A stretch of DNA of 64,000 nt from positions 1,987 through 65,986 of the forward strand of contig JAZNKW010000067.1 in NCBI GenBank assembly GCA_045578745.1, given 5' to 3'. A model generated the notes under the pieces. It ran no database searches. It was not told the origin of the DNA and worked only from the letters and a program-made list of their open reading frames with translations. Positions 36,674-45,802 of the stretch are shown in pieces. The position numbers and the translations under genes were made by a program. Position 1 is the stretch's first letter. The number at the start of each line of letters is the position of its first letter. Origin of the DNA: Anaerovoracaceae bacterium (GTDB lineage: Bacteria > Bacillota > Clostridia > Peptostreptococcales > Anaerovoracaceae).

Positions 36674-38038
36674 TTATAAGAAAATGTATTTCAGTACGAA
36701 GAGCACTGCCAGTACATATACCAGCGGTGTAACCTTCTTCGCCTTGCCGGTACCTACCTGCAGAACTACGTAGGAAATGATACCGAAGCAGATACCTTCG
36801 GAGATGCTGTAGAATAACGGCATTGCCAGAACGCAGAGGTATGCAGGAATTGCTTCAGAAAGATTTTCTTTTGTGAACTTGATATCCACAACAGATTCAA
36901 ACATCAGGAATCCTACGAAAATCAGAGCCGGTGCTGTCGCGAAGGACGGAATGGATGTGAACAGCGGTGAGAACAGGGTTGCAAAGAGGAAGAGCACACC
37001 TGTAGTCATAGCGGTCAGACCGGTACGTCCGCCTGCTACTACACCTGCAGAGGATTCTACGAAGGTAGTTACGGTAGAAGTACCCAGAACTGCACCTGCG
37101 GAGGTTGCAATGGAGTCAGCTAATAAAGCTGGCTTGATTCCAGGCAGATGACCTTCTGCGTCCAGCATATCCGCTTTTGTACTTACACCGATTAAAGTTC
37201 CCAGTGTATCAAATAAGTCTACAAACAGGAAGGAGAAGATGATTACCAGGAAGTTGAAGATTCCGATTTCGCTGAAATCAATCTTGAAACACTGACCGAA
37301 GGTTTCTCCCAGTGCGGAGAAGTCTGCACTCATAATTCCGGTTGGGAACAGGCTGTATGCGCCCACTTCCGGATTTGGTACGTAGATACCTGTCACCTGG
37401 CAGATCATACCCAGAACCCACGTAGCAATAATACCAATCAGGATAGAACCATTCACATTGCGGATGTACAGAATCGCTGTAATCAGCAAACCAACTACTG
37501 CCAGTAGCGCACAGATGCCGGAAGTGCTGAAGTTTTCTGTGAAGCTTGTGATGGTTACCAGTGTGGAAGAATCTACTGCCAGACCTGCATTCTGCAGACC
37601 GATGAAGGCAATGAACAGACCGATACCTACGGATACACCCTGCTTGATGGTCAGAGGGATGGCATTAAAGATTGCTTCACGCATATTGGTAAGGGACATG
37701 ATAATAAAAATGATACCCTCAATAAATACTGCAAAAAGTGCTACCTGCCAGGAAACACCCATACCAAGCACTACGGTATATGTCAGGTATGCATTTAAGC
37801 CCATGCCTGCAGAAAGAGCAAACGGCAGGTTTGCCAGCAGTGCCATCAGCATGGTTCCCAGGAAGGATGCGAGGCAGGTTGCAATCAGTACCGCATTGGC
37901 ATTCATACCGGCTTCACTTAAGATGCTTGGGTTTACTGCCAGAATGTAGGCCATGGTCATAAAGGTAGTAATCCCTGCGCCTATTTCTGTTTTTACAGTC
38001 GTGTTATTTTCTTTCAGTTTGAATAGTTTTTCTAACAT
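36674..38038 (-). CDS. NCS2 family purine permease (AzgA/PbuG-like adenine/guanine/hypoxanthine permease)
   Basis: The N-terminus is MLEKLFKLKENNTTVKTEIGAGITTFMTMAYILAVNP. The protein has about 13 predicted TM segments. Confidence 0.9.
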   Translation of the reverse strand: MLEKLFKLKENNTTVKTEIGAGITTFMTMAYILAVNPSILSEAGMNANAVLIATCLASFLGTMLMALLANLPFALSAGMGLNAYLTYTVVLGMGVSWQVALFAVFIEGIIFIIMSLTNMREAIFNAIPLTIKQGVSVGIGLFIAFIGLQNAGLAVDSSTLVTITSFTENFSTSGICALLAVVGLLITAILYIRNVNGSILIGIIATWVLGMICQVTGIYVPNPEVGAYSLFPTGIMSADFSALGETFGQCFKIDFSEIGIFNFLVIIFSFLFVDLFDTLGTLIGVSTKADMLDAEGHLPGIKPALLADSIATSAGAVLGTSTVTTFVESSAGVVAGGRTGLTAMTTGVLFLFATLFSPLFTSIPSFATAPALIFVGFLMFESVVDIKFTKENLSEAIPAYLCVLAMPLFYSISEGICFGIISYVVLQVGTGKAKKVTPLVYVLAVLFVLKYIFL

Positions 38039-38133
38039 TCTTTTCCTCCATATTAAGAACAATACGACGATTTATAACATTATCTTAACATCTTATTATA
38101 ACACTATTTTAACCTTGAACCAATATTTTTTAT

Positions 38134-38160
38134 AAAATAAAAAGAGGTCCGCAGACCTCT
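38134..38160 (-). terminator. Terminator after the ygjV-like gene
   Basis: An AGAGGTC/GACCTCT stem with a U-run on the minus strand. Confidence 0.7.
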
Positions 38161-38169
38161 TTCTGTTTC

Positions 38170-38702
38170 CTATTCCTTTATTGCTCTTCTGCGGTCTCTG
38201 AGAATCAGCCAGATACCAATCACATTGGATCCCATGGTAAGCATATCGAATGCGGAAGCCACATAATTCATCAGGGTGAAATCGTATACCACCCACATAA
38301 TCTGGCCGATGATCATAACGAGTTTCAGCTTCACTTCATCCTTCAGATCCAGGCACCAGGTATAAATAGCAACCCCGATTACCGGAAGCCATCCAATGAA
38401 TCCCATTTCATTCGACCCTGCTGAAAGAGCCACCTGTACCGCTGAAAATGCAGCTTTCCAGACAGCCGTATACTCGAACTTCAGACAGAACAGATTTCTG
38501 TCGATACTGATGATGTTGGCAATCAGTCCGGTTGCCCCTCCAAGCAGCAGATTGGCCACACCCTGCAAAGAAAACTGCACACACTGTACTAGGATAATCT
38601 GCTCTCTTTTTTCAGCAGTCCCACACCTACCATCAGCAGTGCTCCCATCAGAGATATGCCGTTGGCAATCAATACAATATTCAAATCCTTCTCTTCCTGC
38701 AC
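38170..38702 (-). pseudogene. YgjV family inner-membrane protein, disrupted by a 1-nt frameshift in a homopolymer
   Basis: The downstream frame (38170-38580) has the YgjV-like motifs LPVIGVAIYTWCL and WVVYDF. The upstream frame reads (V/M)QEEKDLNIVLIANGISLMGALLMVGVGLLKKESRLS*. The two frames join if the T6 run at 38607-38612 (A6 on the coding strand) were 7 nt long. Confidence 0.6.
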
Positions 38703-38788
38703 ATTACATAACTTTCATTTTACTTTGTATCTGCAAAACATTATAATATAAAACAGAAAGAAAAGGAAGTTAAGATTGGAGGTTTATT

Positions 38789-39703
38789 ATGAACCGGCAC
38801 AGCAATCTCCTCACAGGCTGCCTCTGTGCATTCACCTGTGAAACCATATATGGCCTGAGCTACTTATTCACCAAGCAGGCAGTAGAAAATGCCACACCAC
38901 TGGCTCTCTTGGGATGGCGGTTTGTTATCGCTGCAGCTGCCATGAGCCTCTGTGCCTGCGTCGGACTGATCAAAATCCGCCTGAAAGGCAAACCGCTGCG
39001 ACCTCTGCTGCTGATTGCTCTCTTCAACCCGGGCCTCTATTTCATAGGTGAAACCCTGGGTATCCGCTATACCACAGCATCAGAAAGCGGTGTGATTCTG
39101 GCCTGCATTCCCGTGGCATCCCTGATTGCTTCTGCCCTCATTCTGCATCAGAAACCTCACCGCCAGCAGGTTCTGGGCATTCTGGTGACTCTGGCAGGTG
39201 TACTGGTAACCGTACTGGCTGTGGGCGTCACTTCCAGTCTGTCCGTCCCTGGCTATCTTCTGCTGCTTGGATCCATTGCAGTCTACGCCCTCTACTGCGT
39301 ATATGTAGACAAAGCATCTGATTTTACGGGTGGTGAAATTACCTATGTCATGCTGGTTTCCGGTGCTGTACTTTTTGGCACGCTGGCACTGGGTGAAGCG
39401 GTTCTGGCAGGTGATATTTCAGGACTTCTGCGGTTGCCGTTTACGGACAGAGGTTTCCTGACAGCTGTACTGTATCAGGCACTCTGCTCTTCCGTACTGG
39501 GCGTGTTCCTGTCTAACGTGGCCATCGCCAAAATCGGTGTCAACCGGACCTCCTCCTTCATCGGTGTGTCCACAGTCGTTTCCATTCTGGCCGGAGCTTT
39601 GATTTTGAAGGAACCATTCACCACATACCAGATTATCGGTGCAGCCGTCATTCTGGCCGGTATCTACATCGCCAATACTTATCATGAAAAAGACAGTGAA
39701 TAG
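38789..39703 (+). CDS. DMT superfamily transporter (EamA family)
   Basis: 304-aa ORF with 10 predicted TM segments and a duplicated EamA-domain pattern. A GGAGG RBS lies upstream. Confidence 0.85.
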   Translation: MNRHSNLLTGCLCAFTCETIYGLSYLFTKQAVENATPLALLGWRFVIAAAAMSLCACVGLIKIRLKGKPLRPLLLIALFNPGLYFIGETLGIRYTTASESGVILACIPVASLIASALILHQKPHRQQVLGILVTLAGVLVTVLAVGVTSSLSVPGYLLLLGSIAVYALYCVYVDKASDFTGGEITYVMLVSGAVLFGTLALGEAVLAGDISGLLRLPFTDRGFLTAVLYQALCSSVLGVFLSNVAIAKIGVNRTSSFIGVSTVVSILAGALILKEPFTTYQIIGAAVILAGIYIANTYHEKDSE

Positions 39704-39707
39704 ATTG

Positions 39708-39750
39708 AAACCCCTGAGAGATCTCAACTCTCAGGGGTTCTGTTTTCTTT
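39708..39750. terminator. Rho-independent terminator
   Basis: A 10-bp stem, CCCCTGAGAG/CTCTCAGGGG, followed by a T-rich tail. Confidence 0.75.
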
Positions 39751-40008
39751 TTATTTCTTTGCAGCCCTCTTCAGCGGCACCCACCAGAAGAGACCGAAGA
39801 GCATGCACAGACATGCGGATTTTGCACGGCTGCAGCCATTGACAGCACCAATTTCAAAGCCCACACAGAAAAGTTCCGTTACGTGCATGGTCAGCAGAAT
39901 CACCGTCAGCATCGGTGTAATACCCTTCATCCACAGAGCAATGCAGAATGCCCAGAACAGCAGGGTCAGAGGCCAGGATAGCTTCTGATTCAGTAAAATA
40001 TCAGTCAT
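39751..40008 (-). CDS. Hypothetical small membrane protein (85 aa)
   Basis: An AAGGGAG RBS lies 9 nt upstream of the ATG. Three hydrophobic segments are present. It is the last gene of the long minus-strand operon. Confidence 0.55.
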   Translation of the reverse strand: MTDILLNQKLSWPLTLLFWAFCIALWMKGITPMLTVILLTMHVTELFCVGFEIGAVNGCSRAKSACLCMLFGLFWWVPLKRAAKK

Positions 40009-40022
40009 AATGCCATACTCCC

Positions 40023-40937
40023 TTACTTCTCAATAAACGCCAGCACGTCCGCGAAAACGTCGCCCGCAATTTCTTCCTGCAGAATTTCATGGCGGTAACC
40101 TTCATAAAGCTTGCCGTCCACGCTGGTGTAACCTTTCTTTCTCAGGAAAATCTGGCTGTCCAGCCAGCCGTCTTTGCCGCCGATACAAGGGTCAGCACTT
40201 CCTGCAATGAAGAAGATCGGCAGGTCAGGATTCTGCATACTCCAGCCATTTTCCAGGAAGCATGCTTCCATCACCAGCATCAGATTCTGATATCCGTTTA
40301 AGGTAAAACCGAAACCGCAGAGAGGGCATGCCAGGTATTCGTCCACATTGGCTTCGTTGACAGAAAGCCAGTCGCATTCGGTCCGAGGATTTTTGATAGT
40401 CTTATTGAAACCACCCAGAGACATATCGAACATGAGCTTGCTCACATGATGATCCCCCTTCATGGCCTTCAGCACCTTAATCAGAATTTTAGCTGCACCT
40501 ACTGCCGGATTCTTTCCAGGTGCACCGCAGACGATCAGTTTGTCAATTTCTGCATCGTGCTTTCTTAAATATGCACGCACAATCAGGGAACCCATGCTGT
40601 GGCCGAACAGATATACCGGCACTCCAGGGAATCGGTCCTTCATGTACATAGTCAGCTGGTGCACGTCTTCCACGATTGCTTCCCCGGTTTCATCGTACAT
40701 ATAGCCCAGGTCACCGGCTTCACGGATACTTTCCCCGTGACCGCGATGGTCATGAAGAATAGAAGCATAGCCTGCCTCTGCCAGGAATTCCATGAACGGG
40801 AAGTAACGTTCCTTGTGCTCAGACATACCATGAGCCATCTGAACGATACCCTTCACTTCACCTTCCGGTGCATATACGGCTGTACTCAGGGGCAGTCCGT
40901 CAAACTTTGATTCAATCTTCAAAATCTCTTTCTTCAT
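40023..40937 (-). CDS. Alpha/beta hydrolase (lysophospholipase / monoacylglycerol lipase-like)
   Basis: HGMSEH, the nucleophile elbow GHSMGS, and a C-terminal YEGYRHE (catalytic His). An AAGGAGG RBS lies 8 nt before the ATG at 40937. Confidence 0.85.
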   Translation of the reverse strand: MKKEILKIESKFDGLPLSTAVYAPEGEVKGIVQMAHGMSEHKERYFPFMEFLAEAGYASILHDHRGHGESIREAGDLGYMYDETGEAIVEDVHQLTMYMKDRFPGVPVYLFGHSMGSLIVRAYLRKHDAEIDKLIVCGAPGKNPAVGAAKILIKVLKAMKGDHHVSKLMFDMSLGGFNKTIKNPRTECDWLSVNEANVDEYLACPLCGFGFTLNGYQNLMLVMEACFLENGWSMQNPDLPIFFIAGSADPCIGGKDGWLDSQIFLRKKGYTSVDGKLYEGYRHEILQEEIAGDVFADVLAFIEK

Positions 40938-40951
40938 GCTTTCATCCTCCT

Positions 40952-41833
40952 TTAACACTTTTTCTTTCCGATGAGCAGCTCACCTTCCACGGTGATTTCC
41001 GTAACAGTGCTCCAGTCGATTTTCGATTTATCCACTGCAAAGAGCAGCGGTGTCATGCGGATGAAGATGTCTCTTTCTTCCGGGCTCACCGAGAAGGTTC
41101 TGGAGACAATTTTCTGTTCCACCAGTTCAAACTGCTCCGCAAATACCGCAGCACCCTTCCGCTCTTTGTATTCCTTATGATACAGCTGCTCTTTAGCAGC
41201 TTCACGAAGCTCCTTCACATGGCCTTCTCCCGGGATAATCTTAATCAGATATCCGTCGTTGGCCAGTACTCTCTGGAACTCCTGATAATTGGCAGATGTA
41301 AAAATATCAAGTACATAATCCACACTGCCGTCAGCTGCCGGAAGTTTGCTGATATCAGATACAAACCACTTAATATCTGCAGGACCTGCTCCCATACCGT
41401 TGGCCGTTCCTGCTGCCAGCTGGATGGAGTCTCTGGAAAGGTCTGTTCCGTACAGCTGCAGATGATCAAACTGCTGCGCAATTTCACGGGTATAATAACC
41501 TTCGCCGCAGCCTGCATCCACCAGAACCTTTTTTTCGTCTGCTTCGGTTCCGGATTCAGATGACTTGCGGAGAAAACTGCAGATTTCCTCAAGGAGATGG
41601 GCATACATGCCGCGTTCCAAGATTACCTGTCTTTCCTGAAAAGATTCCTTTGTATATTCATTCATCGGTTTGCCACGGTACAGATTCACATATCCCTGTT
41701 TTGCCAAATCAAAACTGTGACCGGCGCTGCAGACCAGAGACCGCATCTGCGGTCCGCCCAGCTGAAGTGCATCCCCGCATACCGGACAGATGAGCACACT
41801 GCCGCATCCTTCATATTTATCAAACTTGCCCAT
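40952..41833 (-). CDS. Class I SAM-dependent methyltransferase with an N-terminal zinc ribbon (RlmA-like 23S rRNA G-N1 methyltransferase)
   Basis: CPVCGDAL...CSAGHSFDLAKQGYVNL is the Zn-ribbon region. VLVDAGCGEGYY is the SAM-binding motif I. Confidence 0.75.
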   Translation of the reverse strand: MGKFDKYEGCGSVLICPVCGDALQLGGPQMRSLVCSAGHSFDLAKQGYVNLYRGKPMNEYTKESFQERQVILERGMYAHLLEEICSFLRKSSESGTEADEKKVLVDAGCGEGYYTREIAQQFDHLQLYGTDLSRDSIQLAAGTANGMGAGPADIKWFVSDISKLPAADGSVDYVLDIFTSANYQEFQRVLANDGYLIKIIPGEGHVKELREAAKEQLYHKEYKERKGAAVFAEQFELVEQKIVSRTFSVSPEERDIFIRMTPLLFAVDKSKIDWSTVTEITVEGELLIGKKKC

Positions 41834-41842
41834 ATATAACTC

Positions 41843-43216
41843 CTATTCGTGCTTAATTGCTTCCAAAGCAGGTATTTTCACAGCTTTGTTGGCCGGATAA
41901 TAGCCGCTGACCAGTCCTACGAAGATGGAGAATACCACTGCAAAACCCATCAGACTTAAAGGAATCACAGATGTACGTGTAACCCCTTCGCCGCCGATTA
42001 AAGCCTGCAGCACCATTTCTCCTGTAATACTGCCGCCGCCCAGTACCCCCATGGTAACCAGGTTGATTCCCACAGAGATTACCAGACTGACAATGCAGCC
42101 CATAATTCCTCCCATCAGACCGATGGCTCCGGCCTCCATAAGGAACAGCAGACGGATATCGCGTACATAACAGCCCAGTGCCTTCATGATACCGATTTCC
42201 CGAGTCCGTTCAGAGATGGACATAATCATGGTGTTGGTAATACCAATGGCTGCGACAAAGAGGGAGATTGCACCCAGTCCGCCCAGCATGAGCTGAACCT
42301 GACGGGAGCTTTCTTCCATGCTCTCACGCATACTCTCCATAGAATAGGTGTAGAATCCCATTCCCTTGATTTCCGCTTCAATATCCGTCACCAGGCTGAT
42401 GTCTTCACACTTCACCAGTACGGTGGAATAAGTCAGTTTCTTTGCATTGGCCGGGTTTCCGTCGACTTTTGTCATCAGCTCTTTCATCGCCGCAACAGGC
42501 ATCATAATCCCTTCTGATGTTTCCCAGCCTTTGCCGTAATCTTCTTTGGTGACCCCGGTAATTTTCAGTTCCTGACGGATCTTTATTTCGGTTCCGTCAC
42601 CTTTATCGATTTCAAGAACAATCGGTGTGGTCATAACATTGAAAAACGGATCCGGTGGGTCAATTGGATTTCCATTTGCATCATAGGCCCAGCGTTCTGC
42701 ATAATTACGTCCTTCCGGCAGCAGGGTATCATAGAAATTATATGCCAGCCACTGTCCTGCAAGAGCTTCATTTTTTCCACTGCCCGGCACCTTACCGTCA
42801 AGAAGTTCATACCCCATGGCCTCCATGGCGCCTGTATCTATCCCTACGATTTCACTCCAGCCGCACTTGTATCGGTCATTGATGCCTGCAGACAGTTGTA
42901 TGGAATACTGATTCAGACTGGCTTTGGGCATTACTGCAGCCACACCTTCTATCATACGGAAAGATTCCACTGCTATATCATCCAAAGCAGCCGTTTCATC
43001 ACCTGTTTCGCTCCACCCACGGCTTACCTCGATAATAGACAGGTCGCCCATCTCTTCCAGCATCTGATTGGTAGATTCGGTCATTCCAATCCCGATGGAA
43101 ACCATGACCACGATGGATGTACAGCCGATGAAAACCCCCAGAACAGTCAGAATGGTTCTGCCCTTCCGCCTCTTCAGGTTGTCAAAGCACATTCTGGCTA
43201 CATCGGTGAATTTCAT
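41843..43216 (-). CDS. ABC transporter permease, MacB/FtsX type
   Basis: 457-aa ORF. An N-terminal TM is followed by a large extracytoplasmic domain and a C-terminal FtsX 3-TM bundle (ISERTREIGIMKALG). Confidence 0.9.
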   Translation of the reverse strand: MKFTDVARMCFDNLKRRKGRTILTVLGVFIGCTSIVVMVSIGIGMTESTNQMLEEMGDLSIIEVSRGWSETGDETAALDDIAVESFRMIEGVAAVMPKASLNQYSIQLSAGINDRYKCGWSEIVGIDTGAMEAMGYELLDGKVPGSGKNEALAGQWLAYNFYDTLLPEGRNYAERWAYDANGNPIDPPDPFFNVMTTPIVLEIDKGDGTEIKIRQELKITGVTKEDYGKGWETSEGIMMPVAAMKELMTKVDGNPANAKKLTYSTVLVKCEDISLVTDIEAEIKGMGFYTYSMESMRESMEESSRQVQLMLGGLGAISLFVAAIGITNTMIMSISERTREIGIMKALGCYVRDIRLLFLMEAGAIGLMGGIMGCIVSLVISVGINLVTMGVLGGGSITGEMVLQALIGGEGVTRTSVIPLSLMGFAVVFSIFVGLVSGYYPANKAVKIPALEAIKHE

Positions 43217-45057
43217 TTTTCTGCCTCCTGTCCGCCTGATGCATCTCCGGAGAAGCTGATGCCGTCATCCCAGGTATTCCACAATTCTGTTTCCTTTTTC
43301 AAAGCTGCGGACTTCTTTTTCTTACGTACAATCAGGAAGATGACCGCTGCTGCAGCTGCTGCCGCACCGCCAATCAGCTTCCAGTTTGTCTGCGGTTCCG
43401 GTTCCGGCATCGGCATCGGATCATACATTCCCGGATCTTCCATAATCATTTCTTCTACGGTCATGGTAACAGGGAATTCCCGTGTTTTCACATCGCCGTT
43501 TCCGTCTTCATAGGTCAATTTAATGGTAAATTCCGCCTGTCCTGCTTCCCATGCAGTCACTGCAAAAGCCACGGTTCCGCTCTTTCCAGGCTCCATGTTA
43601 CCCAGGTTCTGTACCGGTGTATAGGTTTCCACGTTTCCTTCCAACACGGCTTCCACGTTCAGAATACTGGTCTTGCTCTTATTCACGTAATTCATGGTTA
43701 CGCTGGTTTCTTCCCCGGTATAGACCATCACAGGAACGGCAGGGTATGTAATTTCAAAACGGTCCGGCTGATAAACCGGCACAGTAATCTGCATCTGGCT
43801 GCTTACCGGAATTCTTTTGTTATTATCTACGTATTCGTACTTAAAGCTGACATTCACCGGCTTGGCTCCGTTTTTCACATCAGACTGCACCTTCATCGGT
43901 ACGGAAACGGACTTGCTGCCGCCCTTGCCGATTTTTTCAAAATAGAATGTATTGGTTCCGCCGTTAATGGTAAAGCCTTCGCCGCCCTCCAGGGTGACTA
44001 CTATATTTTCCACCGGCAGGGCGCTGCTGGTATTGACAAACTGGAAGCTCAGCCCGAATTCAGAACCGGCTGCCACAGCACTTCCTCCATAATTAAAGCC
44101 ATTGATAATCAGATTCGGAACCGGACTGTCTATTACAACTTCAGGCTCCTCCGGCTTTTCTTCCGGTTTCTTTTTTACTTCAGCCGGAATGGTTACACGG
44201 CCACTGCTGCTGCCGTCAGTCATCGTTACATTGTTATAGTAACGGAAGTCCAGCTTAATTTCCAGGTACTGGCTCACACTGCTGATTTCCTCCAGTGCCT
44301 GTACCTTGATTTCCACGCTTTCCGTCTTTCCGCCGTAAATATCCTTCATCTGCAGAGTGGAGCTTGTTCCCGGCAGGAACAGGCTGTCCGACGCAGAAAA
44401 AGTAATCAGCGGTGACTTCATAACGGAAGTTCCGATATTTTTCACAAAGATTGTAATAGTTCTGGTTTCTCCGGCTTTCATCGGAGTTTCCATTTCATTT
44501 CGGCTCATCAGTGCCATCGGTACAGGAATCGGATCCGGTGCTTCCGGAACTACCGGTTCATAAACCGGTTCTTCGTATTCCACACATTCTCTGATTGGAA
44601 TTTCAATCTGCTCGTACTTTCCGCCAATGCTCACCATCAGTTTAAGTGAGTTCCCTACGCCTCCGTAAACCAGACCGGTTACCGGAATATCTATCAGAAA
44701 AGACTGGCCGGCAGGTGTAACCGTAATAGAACTGCTGTCAATGGTTCCGCCGCTGAAGCTATCCACCAGCCGGGTAGCATCCACTGTAATACCTTCCCCT
44801 GCAGACTGATCCGCATATTTCAGCTGTACAGAGATTTTTACGCTGCTTCCTTTGGTAATGCTGCTGCGGTCAGCAGTATAACCCGTCGGTACCAACTCCC
44901 CTGAAAAAGCAGAAGTCTGTCCGCTGTCCGGAGTTTCCGGCGCAGCCGGAGGTTCCGTACTGCTTCCTTCATCAGCCCATCCGCCTGCGGCTGTCATTGA
45001 TATCATCATGGCGATAATCAATCCAATATGTATCCATCTCTTCAAAACATGTTTCAT
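43213..45057 (-). CDS. Secreted, C-terminally membrane-anchored protein with four Ig-like (CARDB/COG1361-like) modules
   Basis: The features are a signal peptide (MKHVLKRWIHIGLIIAMMISMTAAGGWA), four roughly 100-aa beta-rich modules (for example ITIFVKNIGTS, LSFQFVNTSS, VTMNYVNKSK), Pro/Glu linkers, and a C-terminal GGAAAAAAAVIFLIV-RKKKK anchor. It overlaps both ABC genes. Confidence 0.7.
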   Translation of the reverse strand: MKHVLKRWIHIGLIIAMMISMTAAGGWADEGSSTEPPAAPETPDSGQTSAFSGELVPTGYTADRSSITKGSSVKISVQLKYADQSAGEGITVDATRLVDSFSGGTIDSSSITVTPAGQSFLIDIPVTGLVYGGVGNSLKLMVSIGGKYEQIEIPIRECVEYEEPVYEPVVPEAPDPIPVPMALMSRNEMETPMKAGETRTITIFVKNIGTSVMKSPLITFSASDSLFLPGTSSTLQMKDIYGGKTESVEIKVQALEEISSVSQYLEIKLDFRYYNNVTMTDGSSSGRVTIPAEVKKKPEEKPEEPEVVIDSPVPNLIINGFNYGGSAVAAGSEFGLSFQFVNTSSALPVENIVVTLEGGEGFTINGGTNTFYFEKIGKGGSKSVSVPMKVQSDVKNGAKPVNVSFKYEYVDNNKRIPVSSQMQITVPVYQPDRFEITYPAVPVMVYTGEETSVTMNYVNKSKTSILNVEAVLEGNVETYTPVQNLGNMEPGKSGTVAFAVTAWEAGQAEFTIKLTYEDGNGDVKTREFPVTMTVEEMIMEDPGMYDPMPMPEPEPQTNWKLIGGAAAAAAAVIFLIVRKKKKSAALKKETELWNTWDDGISFSGDASGGQEAEK

Positions 45058-45058
45058 T

Positions 45059-45790
45059 CTATAACCCCTGTCTTTCCTTATTTTCTGTCTTCACATCACT
45101 TATAATCTCGCCGTCAAGCAGCGTCACAATCCGGTCTGCATACTGTGTCATCTCCGGATCGTGAGAAACCAGAACAATTGTCTGGTGGAAGGTTCTGGCG
45201 AATTTGCGGATCATCTCCATGACTTCTTTCGTAGTCTTCGAGTCCAGGTTTCCGGTCGGTTCATCGGCAAATACCACATCCGGACGTGTTATAAATGCCC
45301 TGGCGATGCCTGCACGCTGCTGCTGGCCCCCGGACATCTGACCCGGATAATGGTTCATCCGGTTTCCCAGACCAACCCTGCAAAGCATCTTCCTGGCTTC
45401 CAGTTCCCGTACATCCTTGGGCAGTCCCCTGAACATGAGCGGCATTGCCACATTTTCCACCGCCGTCAGTTCCGGCAGCAGATTATATGACTGAAAAACG
45501 AAGCCCACATGTTTCTGCCGGAATGCCGCAAGACCGTTCTCGTCCAGTCTGGATACAGGCACGCCGCCAATGCGGACTTCTCCGGCCGTAGGCTTTTCCA
45601 GACCTGCCAGCTGGTTTAGAAGGGTACTCTTTCCTGATCCGGATGTACCAAAAATACAGCATATTTCCCCCTGCATGATATCCAGATTAATATTTTTCAA
45701 AGCGGTCACCCGCTCATCTCCCATGATATATATCTTATGCAGATTCCTCACCTGAATCACAGGACGGTTCTGCCTGATCGTCTCTGTCAT
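45059..45790 (-). CDS. ABC transporter ATP-binding protein (MacB/LolD subfamily)
   Basis: Walker A is GTSGSGKST. The ABC signature is MSGGQQQR. Walker B is VVFADEPTGNLD. Confidence 0.95.
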   Translation of the reverse strand: MTETIRQNRPVIQVRNLHKIYIMGDERVTALKNINLDIMQGEICCIFGTSGSGKSTLLNQLAGLEKPTAGEVRIGGVPVSRLDENGLAAFRQKHVGFVFQSYNLLPELTAVENVAMPLMFRGLPKDVRELEARKMLCRVGLGNRMNHYPGQMSGGQQQRAGIARAFITRPDVVFADEPTGNLDSKTTKEVMEMIRKFARTFHQTIVLVSHDPEMTQYADRIVTLLDGEIISDVKTENKERQGL

Positions 45791-45802
45791 GACGATTCCC
45801 CC

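Noticed and set aside
38039-38133. A possible purine (guanine/adenine) riboswitch upstream of the NCS2 purine permease.
   Set aside because: The leader is only about 60-90 nt and AT-rich. It lacks the conserved UAUAAU...CGUGGAUAUGG...CUACCGGG...CCGUAAAU cores. I see only an extended -10 promoter (TTGGTT-17-TGTTATAAT).
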